Of a stretch of DNA of 64,000 nt, positions 26,408 through 38,300 are shown piece after piece (position 1 is the first letter of the stretch; each line of letters opens with the position of its first letter). The position numbers were made by a program, and so were the translations under genes. The notes under the pieces were generated by a model. It had not been told where the DNA came from, ran no database searches, and saw nothing but the letters and a program-made list of their open reading frames with translations. Source of the DNA: Diadema antillarum (Eukaryota); assembly GCF_040938485.1 (NCBI RefSeq), contig NW_027272988.1, forward strand, positions 1 through 64,000. The letters are read 5' to 3'.

Positions 26408-28482
26408 TGCTTGCTTGCTTGCTTGTTTAGCTGATGAAACCCGGAAGTGCCCCCCACCCACTTTGAAAATGTGGCGCCGGCCATGAGACAGGCACACATA
26501 CGCATAAACAGTATGTACTATACTATACTNNNNNNNNNNNNNNNNNNNNNNNNNNNNNNNNNNNNNNNNNNNNNNNNNNNNNNNNNNNNNNNNNNNNNNN
26601 NNNNNNNNNNNNNNNNNNNNNNNNNNNNNNNNNNNNNNNNNNNNNNNNNNNNNNNNNNNNNNNNNNNNNNNNNNNNNNNNNNNNNNNNNNNNNNNNNNAA
26701 AATAAGAACATTATAGGCCTGATGATATATGTCAATGTTATGTATTATACAATGTATATATTATATATGAATGTGCATGATCTAGCCAACACACCCAAGA
26801 GATTCATCGAAATAAGCGTAGCTGTACTCTTGCAACTTGACGCGCATGTTAAATGTGCCTCTATCTTATTGAATAGGCCTATATGCCCCACGTACATCGC
26901 TTTCACGGCGCTCGATCTGCAAAAGGCGATAGGTGCAGACGATAGAGATAGGTGATAATAATTATGTTTGACAATTTAACGCGCCGACTGAAGTTCTTGT
27001 CACTTTCGAAATTATGTCGCGAGGAAATGTGACGCAGGCGCACTTGTGTGTGAGCAGAAACCCAAACAAACGAAGAGAATGGTCAAGCATACCCAGAAGT
27101 ATAGTTAAGCGTGCGATAAGTCTTGCGGCCTGATTTCTGAATGTTGACAGTCTTGCGATGTTCGCCAGCATGCATAGCACGCACGGTTCTGATGCTGTCA
27201 TAAGAACGACTGAAGTTCATGTCGCCACGTGAAGTAGTAGGTCACGGCGCGAACTATAGTTCCCACCAGCACTGCTATTACTATGCGATCGACTATCAGA
27301 GCCACATAAGTTAATAACGTAGGCCTACCGATCACTGCGGACGAATCATGGCTCTGACATCAATACTGTTGACCTATCGCCCTTTAGTGAATCGGAAAAC
27401 TCACATGCCCCCCACCCCCCCCCCCCCCCCGTCACTCCATGTCATTATTACAGTAATCAAAATTACTATTACACTGTGTTATAATCTATCAAACGCGTAC
27501 GTTATCAATCCCTCGATCCGTCACCTCCATATAAGCACAATTTTTAATGTATGTCACTTCCGAGCTGTGGAGAATACTAGTAACCTTCGTCCGCGCTATT
27601 TGCCCCGGTGATTACACACGCAAAGGCAAGAGCGTGACGTAATGCGGGTCGTTCAACTATTGAATTGCATTTTTAAAGTTCATTATTGTCGCAGATAGAT
27701 GTTACGTGAGTTTATTATGATTGATCAATCTGCATCGGCATCCCTGGATGGCTTGTATAGTTCATTATGACCCAGCTCGCGCGCATTTGTGATATCAGTT
27801 TACAAAATGAAAAAAAAAAAACAGAACAAAACAAAGCAAAACAAAACAAAACGAAAAACACACAAACACCACGAACCTTCCGTTTCAAGGGCGGTCGCCC
27901 TCGCTTCACTTTCTGCGTGTTCTCGTTTTCATGGCTGTATACAATTTTTGCAAGGACATATCGACCCTCTTTGGCCGTGAAAATCCGTCCTGCACCAATT
28001 TCTCTCTTGATAGCCTCCTGCAGATAGCTTTGAGTGAATTTTGTGTCGGGGTCCTCATCAACGAAAAACTTCTCGATCTCCTCCAAAGTCGCTCCACCCT
28101 CTTCAGGCGCGCGGTCAGCTTTGCGAGGTTGAGGAAGACTTTGGGCCTGTCCCGAGCGAGTGGACTGATCGTCTTTGGCCGTTAGTTTCTCGATCGCAGC
28201 AAGAATAGCTCGCGTGGCATCGCTGGAATTGAGCTGAGATCCACTTAGGCGACTTCTGCACCATTTGGCGGCATTTCTGTAGCTGGTGTTACCTTTGTAA
28301 TCGACTTTGATGACGGTTTCCGCGTCCACCATTTGATTCAACTCCCGAATCACGTCCATGCTGCGAATGCCATTTTTACGCTCCACCATGTGACAAATTC
28401 GCTCCAAGTCGGGTCGAGCTTTGCGCTTTCGCAAAGAGTCAATGGCATCGAGAATCACAGCTTGGCTATTAACTGCAGCCAT
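4002..28482 (-). CDS. Inverted SAMD1/KAT6-N-terminus-like paralog: WH1 - WH2 - AT-hook - double PHD finger; exons 28482-27877, 9010-8854, 6970-6858, 5872-5791, 4183-4124 (or read-through to stop at 4002, 379 aa); no SAM seen
   Basis: Five GT-AG exons of 606, 157, 113, 82 and 60 nt, the same lengths and phases as the + gene, with open frames and all Cys/His ligands intact. The 3' end is uncertain. Confidence 0.85.
4124..4183 (-). CDS. Paralog exon 5 ([20 protein letters not shown]); may extend to stop at 4002
   Basis: ctacag| and |gtgaga, 60 nt. The frame stays open for about 40 more codons past the donor. Confidence 0.88.
5791..5872 (-). CDS. Paralog exon 4 ([27 protein letters not shown])
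   Basis: cttcag| and |gtaagg, 82 nt. Confidence 0.93.
6858..6970 (-). CDS. Paralog exon 3 ([38 protein letters not shown])
   Basis: ctttcag| and |gtgagt, 113 nt. Confidence 0.93.
7561..7838. repeat. (TA)n-centred palindrome with about 58-bp arms plus a third arm copy
   Basis: ggttgacga...aatgcatgca (TA)n tgcatgcatt...tcgtcaacc (TA)n, then the right arm again and (TA)n. Confidence 0.9.
8420..8800. mobile_element. hAT-like MITE (CAGTG[A/G]CGGATC...GGATCCGCCC family); related pieces at about 3270-3405 and 54886 onward
   Basis: Imperfect TIRs; the shared end ttacgg[a/g]attcctggatccgccc occurs at 3378-3402 and 8776-8798. Confidence 0.6.
8854..9010 (-). CDS. Paralog exon 2 ([52 protein letters not shown])
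   Basis: ttacag| and |gtctgt, 157 nt. Confidence 0.92.
9177..9402. mobile_element. Short MITE rich in TTTTCGCG/CGCGAAAA
   Basis: tgctgtaaac...ttttcgcg / cgcgaaaattt...gtttacagca. Confidence 0.65.
10421..10997. mobile_element. MITE with long TIRs (TTAAAGGACAAGTTCACCTTCAT...)
   Basis: Near-perfect inverted repeat over the first about 45 bp, imperfect beyond. Confidence 0.85.
11706..12149. mobile_element. Second, more decayed copy of the same MITE family
   Basis: ttaaaggtcaagttcaccttcat ... ctagtcctttaa; internal similarity to 10421-10997. Confidence 0.75.
12162..12392. mobile_element. Short MITE
   Basis: gacccaaattcacgaaggtggtttaaattta / taaatttaaaccaccttcatgaattcaggtc. Confidence 0.75.
19120..20086. 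mobile_element. Harbinger-like non-autonomous element, copy 1
   Basis: TIR gtgtcacacctttccgggcaag / cttgcccggaaaggtgtgacac, with a second internal left end near 19290. Confidence 0.75.
21343..22309. mobile_element. Harbinger-like non-autonomous element, copy 2 (made by the tandem duplication)
   Basis: Same TIRs at +2223. Confidence 0.75.
23799..24366. mobile_element. CACTCT...AGAGTG MITE nested in the piggyBac-like element
   Basis: After removing the inner MITE, cactct(t)aaatcatccgagtcagaactgacccggaa pairs with ttccgggtgagttctgaaccggatctttttagagtg. Confidence 0.7.
23804..24168. mobile_element. TTAAAGGGGATGGC MITE, innermost nested element
   Basis: Long near-perfect TIRs; a second copy lies at 45372-45804. 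Confidence 0.85.
26530..26698. other. Assembly gap (169 N) in intron 1 of the - paralog
   Basis: Run of N. Confidence 1.
27877..28482 (-). CDS. Paralog exon 1: WH1, WH2, AT-hook
   Basis: ATG at 28482 to AAG|GTTCGT, 202 codons; near-identical to + exon 1 over most of its length. Confidence 0.93.
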
Positions 28483-28625
28483 ATCAAATATTAGAATGTT
28501 TCAGAACTTGCCTGAAAGGACGTAAATTTGGGCGAAAATGATTATGCGTCTCTGTTTTTTTCTCTGAAAGCGCTTGTGTTCGGCCTAAGATCAGAACACG
28601 CACAGCACATGAAGCTGTTGCCTTT

Positions 28626-28753
28626 ACACACGCGTCCGCTCGTCATTGAATATATTACTCAAGCGGCGGCATGCGTGTAGTCAAACTGTAGTTGTATCGC
28701 AACGCTAAACATACACCAAAGTAGATCGAAGATTATTAGTGCGCATGCGTTGT
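28626..28753 (-). promoter_or_regulatory. Proximal promoter/5' region of - paralog, homologous to 34396-34547
   Basis: Shares ACAACGCATGCGCA, CTACTTTG, TTTAGCGT, GCCGCCGCT, TTCAATGACGAGC and CGCGTGTGT in the same order. Confidence 0.6.
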
Positions 28754-31700
28754 CTTCTGTTACTGCACGCTGAACTCCGAACACAGTGTATGCCCCGTTG
28801 CCCCAATAGCCTGAACTGTGTGTATGCCAGTAAATTCGTTTAGTTACATCGAGCTATATACTACACGGAACCTAAACGGCTTGACCAGGGTTCACGCAGG
28901 CTCTAACTTGACTATTGCGGAATCGATTTTCACCATAAAATTTGTTAGCGTAAAAACAGAGTAAATGCTCCCCACGTCAAAAACAAAACGGACAAAAGAA
29001 AATGTTGCATACAAGCGCGATTATCGCGAAACATTACAGGAACGTAAGCGAAAGCCATAGTCAGTGTCGAGAAAATATGTGATACTGAGGGATAACTCAT
29101 TACACACATGGGTCGATTCACCTATTTAATGATAATGTTGTGATATGTTTACATTTGAGAGCCCAACCAACCATTGGAAATACATATCTGTAACCTCTCA
29201 GATATTTTATGAACTAACGTGACGAGCAATTTGAAATTACGTCGTAGTGTATACGAGGCACAAGAGGTTTAGTGTTTCGGCTTTTGTTTTCCCTTCAACG
29301 CGCGCTTCGCACAAGCTCCTGAAACGGCAGACGACAGAGTACGGAATGTATGTAATTTACGAGATCGGTATTTTAACATATCTTGATATCGAGCCATTTA
29401 GACCCGCGCATCACCGCATGTGGATCAAACCAAAGAGCTTCAAACTCAATACATGTGTATCGTGAATGCCGTCTTCATGAGGCCATACGATGTGTGAGAG
29501 CCGCACGTTCCGTATGCAAGAATGCTTTTCTACGCCATACATCGTCACATTTAGGGTTATAGATGAATTGTATTGTTCATGAAAGTTTCACAGCCAATGC
29601 TGATACAGCATGCAGTAAATATGTTTCATAATGCCGTCATATGATGATGATGACACTGGTGATTATGAACGCTAAACTAACAGGCCTCATTATGTAGGCA
29701 TATAATATATTGAATTATGTCTTCAAGGGCGTGATAAAAAAGTTATCAACTGCTATTGCTATTGTAATTGAGTTAAATTCATATTTTGCTTGACGATTTA
29801 AACGGTAAGCACTTTTCATCGTTATCGGTAAGTGATGTATTTTTACACTTCACAATCAGTTACCCAACTTATTAAGACGGATAGTATTAAGTTCCCAGCA
29901 TAGGTGCCAATGTGCCTTTTTGTGCTATCGATTTTTCTCTCCATTACAAATAACCATGCATGATAGGAATTAGTTGCAGTGTGCGTATGTAGGATTTGAT
30001 CTGTGATTGGTCGAATTGCTACCACGTGATATTTATCAATACATTTGTATTTTTGAAGCGCACTATACAACCATAATTCGTACTTGTACAGAGCATCTCA
30101 TGTCAAAATGAGGAGGAACCGATGTCAAAGCATACACTTCATTTATCGCTATTTACTATAGCAGATGGTGCGCGGTCTGTTTCCAGTACATGTATATGCT
30201 TTATACATTAACGCATGGTAATACACATCGGATTCATAGAGTTATCTTTATGCGACTTCGTTTTTCACCGAGGCATGCAAATAATCTCGTACAGTGCATT
30301 CGAAAGGCATTATGACGTCAAGATGTGGTTGTGATTTTCATCACCGTCAAAGCCAATTTTGCAAACACCGTTCTGATGTCCATCAAGGCAAGGCGATAAA
30401 ACCTGCATGTTACGTAAGGACGCATGTAGGCATACAATGTCATGTAGGTATTAATGAAAGGTTAGTGAAGACTATAGCATACACCTATAGTCACACCAAT
30501 GTCCCGACCCAGACATGTTGCACCCAAGTTTGATGCTCCTAAATTGTATCATATACACATTGCAATAAGTCTATGTAAATCATTCATTGTACCTCTTTTA
30601 ATAGTATTTATGTGGTGTTGCGAAACAAAATGAGAAGCAGTGAATGATAACAAAACAACAGTAACAAAAATACAACTTTGATTTATTGCTTTGATTATAA
30701 TTTAGGTCTTACACGCCGTGGAATTCCAGTTGTATGAGTTTTCCGAATGGAAGAAGGATATTATTATGTTGATTTGGCCTTCAAAACTTTCAACAGGGCG
30801 AAAAATTCACATCTCTTGTTGTTACTAAAAAGTATACATGTCATGAACATTGTTAAGTCTTGTTGAGGTGGGTTTAACGATGTTCTGTTTCAACATATGT
30901 GAGTGCATATTGTGCCATGTAAAGAAGTTCATACAAAAATGACGCGTCAGAACTTGCTTTACACACGTATACATTATATATATAGAGAGGATAATAGCTA
31001 CTCTGATCACTATTCGATCTCTATTCACTGCTCGCATTTATTGCTTTGTTTAACAGTTTGATAATGTTTAATCTGATTTATTGTTTATGTTTGTTTTATA
31101 AACATTTATCTAAATCAACTGGAACATGGACTAAGTTTTCACGTCACTTGATAGTGGATATAAGCCTACTGCTCAGCAGTCATGCAAACATATAACAGAA
31201 AATTCCCATTGCGACACGAATTTTTTTTTTGATGACGAATGTTAGATGAGCATTGCCAGTTTTATAGGGTGTAAAAGACGGCTGTTTCAATGTAATGTTT
31301 TAAGTTGAATAGTTGGGAATTTTGAATGACATTAATTCATTAAAACGTAAGATCATGTTTATCACGATAAAGGCAATGGAATGGCAATTAAAGCAGCAAT
31401 GACTGATGTAATTCAACGATAACACCTTTCTGTGATTATAGATTGACCCATGGTGTGTGAGAAACCAAACAAAAATGAATATATTTTTAATTCAATTACA
31501 GGTTTTGCCAGTGTCAAACGCACTAAAAATGCAATGGAATAACGTACAATCGCAATTTAGACCCTATTACATGAATTCAAGTTTTTCAAAGCATACTTAA
31601 TAATTCCCAATTTGCCATTAAACTTGTAAAACAAAAGCAGAATAAGGAAAACAATTAAGATGCTAAGATAACACATTGTTTGATGTCTTCATGTCATTTA

Positions 31701-32553
31701 GCATTTGTTCTTTCGCTGTGCCTCAAAATAGTCGTTTTAATCTGTCATTTTTCTTTAATGCCTTGTATAAAAACCGCACGTTAGTTTTCTCTATTTATAG
31801 CGAAATTTTCGTGGCTATGATGATAATACTGCAAACTCATAGATTGTATGGTGCTTGCGACTTAGTAAGCCCGCTGAGCTTTTACTCATGGGGCAACATT
31901 CTATAGGTCATTATCTGACACTAAATTATGCAGCCTTCGCATTCTTGATTTGATCGCGTTAGCTTTGATTTTTACACCGATTGTGCGATTTCACTGAGCC
32001 GATTTCATTAAAAAAAAAACTTCTTGGCTTTCATTATACCTGTTCAGATTGATAGTATGCAATTACTCTTTTTTTTCTATGGCCGCTTGTTCATTTACTT
32101 TTCCATGAATTTCAAAATACTTCACGTAAAACGCGTTATTGCCTTCGAGAGATGTTCTGCCCAAACACTCTTGACGTCATAATGTTGTCTGCAATAAAGA
32201 CGCCGTTTGATATTGCCATGCTTATATGACATATAAACCGCGATCACTACGTGCTCTCTTGTTCCGCTTCGATTGCGCCGACGTGTAAATTCCCATGGCG
32301 CAACCCGCCTGATATTGCCTATCACGTGGAATAGTGTGGAAAGCCGTGGCGTGCTGTGTGTTCGTTTGTGTCGGCGTGGAAATGCACTTCGATATCATAG
32401 CGGATACCTTCCCCACTTGGACCGCAGGATGCCAGGCGACCCCGCGCGGGTTCACGTGGTTTGATGACGTAGACGCATAAGGATATGCGGGTCCAACGCA
32501 TGGACCACAAAGCAAGCCATCACACTTTGCGAGTATTGTGCTCGTGCCAGAAG

Positions 32554-32855
32554 CAGAGACTCCAACTCTCCCGTTTTCGACGGGAGATCTCCCGCCGAAA
32601 ACCCATTTTTGCAAAATCTCCCGTTCTCCCGTTTGAGATTTAATTTCTCCCGCCCTGGCTCAATGTCTCCAGTTGGAAAGGATTTCTTACTTATTGCTAT
32701 CATATGTTGCAAAAATAAGCCTTAGATAGCACCAGAGAGCATCTATAACCCAAGGAACTTCACGCTTCGCACACATAAACTTGGGTCTCCCGTTTGCTGG
32801 GGGTTTCAGGCGGGAGAATCTCCAGATCAGAAGGTGCTTGGGGTTGGAGTCTCTG
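32554..32855. mobile_element. hAT-like MITE with 6-bp target duplication CAGAAG
   Basis: cagaag|cagagactccaac ... gttggagtctctg|cagaag. Confidence 0.75.
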
Positions 32856-32973
32856 CAGAAGTGATTGTAACAAAAGACAATTAGGCCTACTACGTACCTT
32901 TCAGCTGTAGTTTATAGGAGTACAATAGCCTATGTAGTCTCAAAATGTGAGTTATTCTCGAAACAGAACCTCG

Positions 32974-33004
<31 letters not shown>

Positions 33005-34395
33005 GTTTTCCGTAAGATTAGCAAAGCACTTGAAAGAAACATCAACCTGGTTCAATTTGTGTAATTATACAAAACAATGTGCCTCCGTCCCTGTCCCCAC
33101 AAGGGGTTTGTATTACATACGAATGGTTTGTCAAAATGAATCGAAATTGAAATTGAAATTGAAGAATCCCGCCAATAATGAAAGGCCTTGGTCGAGGATT
33201 TGGCTCTCTAGATCATGAGCTTTCATCAAGGGAGGGGAAGTTATAATTATGTAATCAAGGTATTCGGTTGTTTGTGAGCATCGTCGAACAGAATGCTTAA
33301 TGAATTACGGGCACTGTTCAGTCATGCATGCACTGTAGTGTAGATCGTATGCTATAGCGGATGGTGAATTGGCAGGCCTAGGCCCCATAGGAATAACATG
33401 ACTGACTCGGCTTCCTCCTTGGTTTAACGTGGGGGTAGGCCCTTATATTGGTAGTTTTCGCCGGGAGTCGCAATGAAGTGACTAAAATAATGGTTATTGC
33501 TGCCGTTTTGACGATCGACCGCGCGTCCTCTGGCCACTATTGAGAATCGACCGTTACGAAGTGTTACTTATTGTCTGTTTAATTTTGCCATACTTGTCAC
33601 CGCTGAGAGCATGGAGTTAACAGGAAAATATAGCCCACATATAGGCTTCACCGTACACAAGACACCGTATTTGTAATAACAGTTACTGTTAGAAGCTGCG
33701 CAGAGCAGCTTAGTACAGCCTACTCGCCTGCGGAAAAAAAAGACAAAACAATCGGAACAGTACTAATATTGCCTCAAAGTACTGTTTTGACTAGGATGTA
33801 GAAAAGACAAAAATTATATTTCAGTGGTCATATCCCCACTCGAAAAAAAGACAACAATATCTCTGATATCCTGATGACTAACTGATCAGTCTATCGCCCC
33901 TGCTTGAAGCAATTCTGCATGGGAGATAAATCATATAAACTATAAGATAAGCATGGTAGTTTTCTTGCGTTGTGGAAATGAGCGAATGCTGTGGAGCTCA
34001 TTTGCAATGACGACAAAACGCAGTGAAGAACAAAAAAAAAAATGCACAGAGTTTACGATTTCGTTGTTCATAGCCTCTCACTCTCGCTTGGGTCGGGACA
34101 GTGTCCGCGTGTGATGTCGGGGAAGCTGAAAAATGAATGACCATCCACTCCTTTAGGGCCTATTACTATGTATAGTGGAGAACTTGACATTCTTTCGTCG
34201 TTTGGTAAAAGACTGGTGTATTTAGTGCATTCTTTATTTCTTGTTTTGCTCCGCAAGTGATAAAGTGAACGCAGATAGCAAGATTGCAGCTCCTCGCACT
34301 ACTACATTGTACTTAGTAATATTCGAGCGGCAAAACTCTTGTGATCCATGCCAGCTCACAGGCGATGAGCGTACACAGTTCAACGCCTGCAGTCC

Positions 34396-34547
34396 ACAAC
34401 GCATGCGCATTATTAATCTTCAAGCTACTTTGATGTATTTAGCGTGGAGGAGCGATCATGCAGTTTACAACACACGTACGCCGCCGCGTCGCGCCGCCGC
34501 TACAATAGTAATTTATTCAATTCAATGACGAGCTAGCCCGCGTGTGT
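34396..34547 (+). promoter_or_regulatory. Proximal promoter/5' region of + gene with NRF1-like GCATGCGCA and CRE-like TGACG
   Basis: CpG-rich; motif blocks are colinear with those upstream of the - paralog. Confidence 0.6.
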
Positions 34548-34699
34548 GTACTGAACCTTTAGCTAACATTATGGAACGCAACGACTATTACTATTAGGCG
34601 GCTTCGCGTGTTTACTTCATCTACAGAAAACAAGTATATAACTCAAGATTGACTTTTTGTCAACCTTAACTGTTGTTCTACTGGATTCTGATCGAAGAT

Positions 34700-35305
34700 A
34701 TGGCTGCGGTTGATCTTCAAGCTGTGATTCTCGATGCCATTGACTCTTTGCGAAAGCGCAAAGCTCGACCCGACTTGGAGCGAATTTGTCACATGGTGGA
34801 GCGTAAAAATGGCATTCGCAGCATGGATGTGATTCGGGAGTTGAATCAAATGGTGGACGCGGAAACCGTCATCAAAGTCGATTACAAAGGTAACACCAGC
34901 TACAGAAATGCCGCCAAATGGTGCAGAAGTCGCCTTAGTGGATCTCAGCTGAATTCTAGCGATGCCACGCGAGCTATTCTTGCTGCGATCGAGAAACTAA
35001 CGGCAAAAGACGAGTCTACTCGCTCGGGACAGGCCCAAAGTCTTCCTCAGCCTCGCAAAGCTGACCGCGCGCCTGAAGAGGGTGGAGCGACTTTGGAGGA
35101 GATCGAGAAGTTTTTCGTTGATGAGGACCCCGACACAAAATTCACCCACAGCTATCTGCAGGAGGCCATCAAACGAGAAGTCGGTGTAGGAAGTCTTCTT
35201 ATGTCTCAGAATGGCAATTACTTGCTGGCCAAATTGTCATCAAGAGATAAAATCGAGAACCACGTCCCAAAATCGAAACGAGGTCGCCCACCCTTGAAAC
35301 GAAAG
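34700..35305 (+). CDS. SAMD1: Exon 1: SAMD1-type winged helix WH1, KAT6-like WH2/H15 domain, AT-hook (KRGRPP)
   Basis: 606 nt = 202 codons from ATG to AAG|GTTGGT. The same donor position occurs in the - strand paralog. [11 protein letters not shown]...[15 protein letters not shown] resembles KAT6A WH2. Confidence 0.93.
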
Positions 35306-38300
35306 GTTGGTATGAAAAGTTGACTCTTAGCTGTGCTCTCATCTTGGGAGAGTATGTTAACTGCAAATGCGCATGCTGTGCGCGGAACTGTAGTGGTATA
35401 GCCGTCTTTAGATTTTTATTTTTTTTTTTGCACTACATTACCATTCTCATGGCATATGATGATAAAATAGTATATTTATTGCCTTTTGGGAAGGGTTCTT
35501 TGTCCTAAACTTTGCATATGAACGCGCCTCCTTGTTTGATCAACCGGAAAAGGCATAGATCTCCTCAAGATTCGCTTCTCACTATCGTCAGCAATTAAAG
35601 AAATAGATATTATCCATTTTGAATAACACATGATACATTCAGAATATCATTATAAGACAATAAAATTTAATGTGTGTCACCCGGCCCCATCTACATTTAG
35701 CCTAGGGCCTACATCTTATTGTTTCAATAGTAATTAACGAATATTGTAAAGTCTGATTTCTACCAACACGGGCTTTGCTCTCTAACATGAGGAGCAGCCA
35801 CATCTGTACGTATTATGTCAACATTATTTCTCTTGCCCTTTCGTTGTTCGTATGACGTCACAATTTGTGAAGGGAGACACGATGTGAGCTTCCCGAATGA
35901 GATGAAGGAAACTATCGGGGAACAATGTGTATAGTCGAGCGTTTGGCAGTAACACGAGTTACCATTTCGGGTTTTCTCAAATCCGCATGGCGTTTGCGCT
36001 GGTGCATGGCCGGAAATAAAATGAAAGTCTATTTAGCTGATGTAAAGGTGATTGAAGATAGAGATTATTGACATTTGAATTGAACCTGAAATCCTGTCAT
36101 TTCATTTTGAACTGTTAGCGATATTTTATTGCATGTCGGTCAGCCATAACGTCCGTTGTTCCCTAATCTGCCGCGACATGAATGCGGGGTGAATCCTTGA
36201 TTCGCTATACACTTCTTGGTTGAGGTGACAACAAGGCGCGCTGCGCGGGAAGCAATGGTGCATATCAAACCATGCTAAAAGCGCTTTGCTGTTTTTTTTT
36301 TTTTCTTGTTAGGACTATACACGCTTTACACACAATGTCTCGTCTTCTCAAACTTGTGTGACTTACAACAACAACAGCAGCAAAAGTGGATTTTAGAATT
36401 CAGGTCTGCTGGATAATCAAACCAGCAAGAAAGATTAACCACAATTCGTGTTTTCACCGCAAATTGCGGACATTGCAAGAACTAAGATGGCGGTAATACT
36501 GTATTACGCACATGATATGCGCGCTCCAAACACAACTGATTGCCTAATATCATTGTGATTTAGCGATGTAAATACTGGGATCTAGTCAACTCGTTGCTGT
36601 CATTTTACCCCGACCGCCTCTCACCTTTTTTTTTAGGTTGCCAGAGTGAATGCCTATTAGAAGTTTTCTCCATGCGTCCAACCATTTTTTGCGGCCACAC
36701 GACACACCCACTCCTGCACACGCACACGCACTTCCGCGTGGTCAGGCTAGTTAAAGTGTAAGCTTGCTTCTCAAAAAGGCTTATCCTTGGTACTTGTACA
36801 CAATAAAACGGAAGTAAATGATTTAAAGGCGCATGGTGTAGGTGATATTGTTTCGTTGTGGTTGCTCTATTCTTGCGTGACGCATTAGAGACACGTAGCT
36901 GAGATATATCCCCACATTGCTATTGTGTTATAATGGACAGAAAAAAGTAAGTCGCAGGAGGATAGTATATTGTTCAATACAAGAAGAAAATTTACATTGA
37001 ATTCAATGAGTAAATACGTAGTCGCAAGTCTTGTTTGTTTGTTTGTTTGTTTGTATGTGTGTGTGTATTTTGGGAAGCAGATTCTAGAATGACGTAACAA
37101 TCAGTTATGATTTGAAACCGAGGCCTTTATCATTAACGATCGACTGTATAATTTATCAGAGCGTTTCCCGCAAACAGCAAATATTATGGAAAGAAAGATA
37201 CGAGTGACCTCGCATTTTTTTTAAATTCAGCCTCCGTGTGAAAATAAAAATGTTTTAATTAGTGATGAACGTGATGGCAAATACCACCATTAATAGACGC
37301 CGTTGATTATATTAGTTATAACGAATGAGAGTTGGTTTGAAAATAAGATAATAGTGATCATGATTGGTCAGATGATTTATGGTAATAAAACATGATTTAT
37401 GCGCTAAGTAAATACCCATGCAGCACGTGATACTAACTCTGTTGTAATAATGACGCATGCAATAAAACAGCATGCAGGCATGTAATAAACGTGTTCCACG
37501 GGAATCTGGAAACTAAAGTATGCATGTATCTATATGGTGCTTTAGAAAGTATAAAGTCCCAGGTCAATTCGCAAAAAAAAAAAACGACGCAAATGCGAGT
37601 TTTTAACGCGTAGAGGGAGCTGAAAACCTCGGTGTTAGTGGAGGAAAAAACACCAAACGAAACTAGCAAACAAAGAAACCTTGTGACCCCATATCTATTC
37701 CGTGATAGCAGATTCGTCTGCCCGCGCGCCATACACTGTAATCGATGGAGATTTGGGCCTATTTCCCTTCCGCACAGATCGAAGTTTGTCGCACATTATT
37801 ATCCCACTCCAGCCACGATCGAACACTCGGTATATGTACATACAACAATAACGCGCCTGCTTCTCTCACGAGCGAGTCGGAGCTTTTCGATGACGTCATC
37901 AACCATTACGCGCTGGCGTTCACAAATCCTAGACACGTTCTACGAGTATTTCATCTTCCCCCCCCCCCCCCCCCCTTCTCTTCTACCGAGACACGTTATG
38001 AACACAAGAGAAACGCGCACTCTATATGAATGGCGGCTTGCCCGCGCTTTCTATGATGCCAAGATATCAATGTGAAGTACTGGTATGCAAAAATCGAGAG
38101 CAAGGAAGAAAAACAAAGTCACACCGAACACCCAGTATTGCAATAATTTCGCTCAAGATTTTGTCGAGACGATTAGTATAAACCCATATCACGAGTTACT
38201 GTCGCATTCCTCAATTCAACTCACATGTTAATATTACAAGGACGGTATTTTTATACCACTTCCAGTTCCATAATAAAAAAAAGAGGATATATTGAGTGTT

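Noticed and set aside
27715-27876. C-terminal 53 aa of the 255-aa - ORF
   Set aside because: Intron read-through into (ttttg)n low-complexity sequence.
35306-35323. ORF-track extension VGMKS* and alternative donor G|GTATGA at the end of + exon 1
   Set aside because: Exon 2 needs phase 0 and the paralog conserves the AAG|GT donor. The upstream 34673 start is a TTG, not the true ATG.
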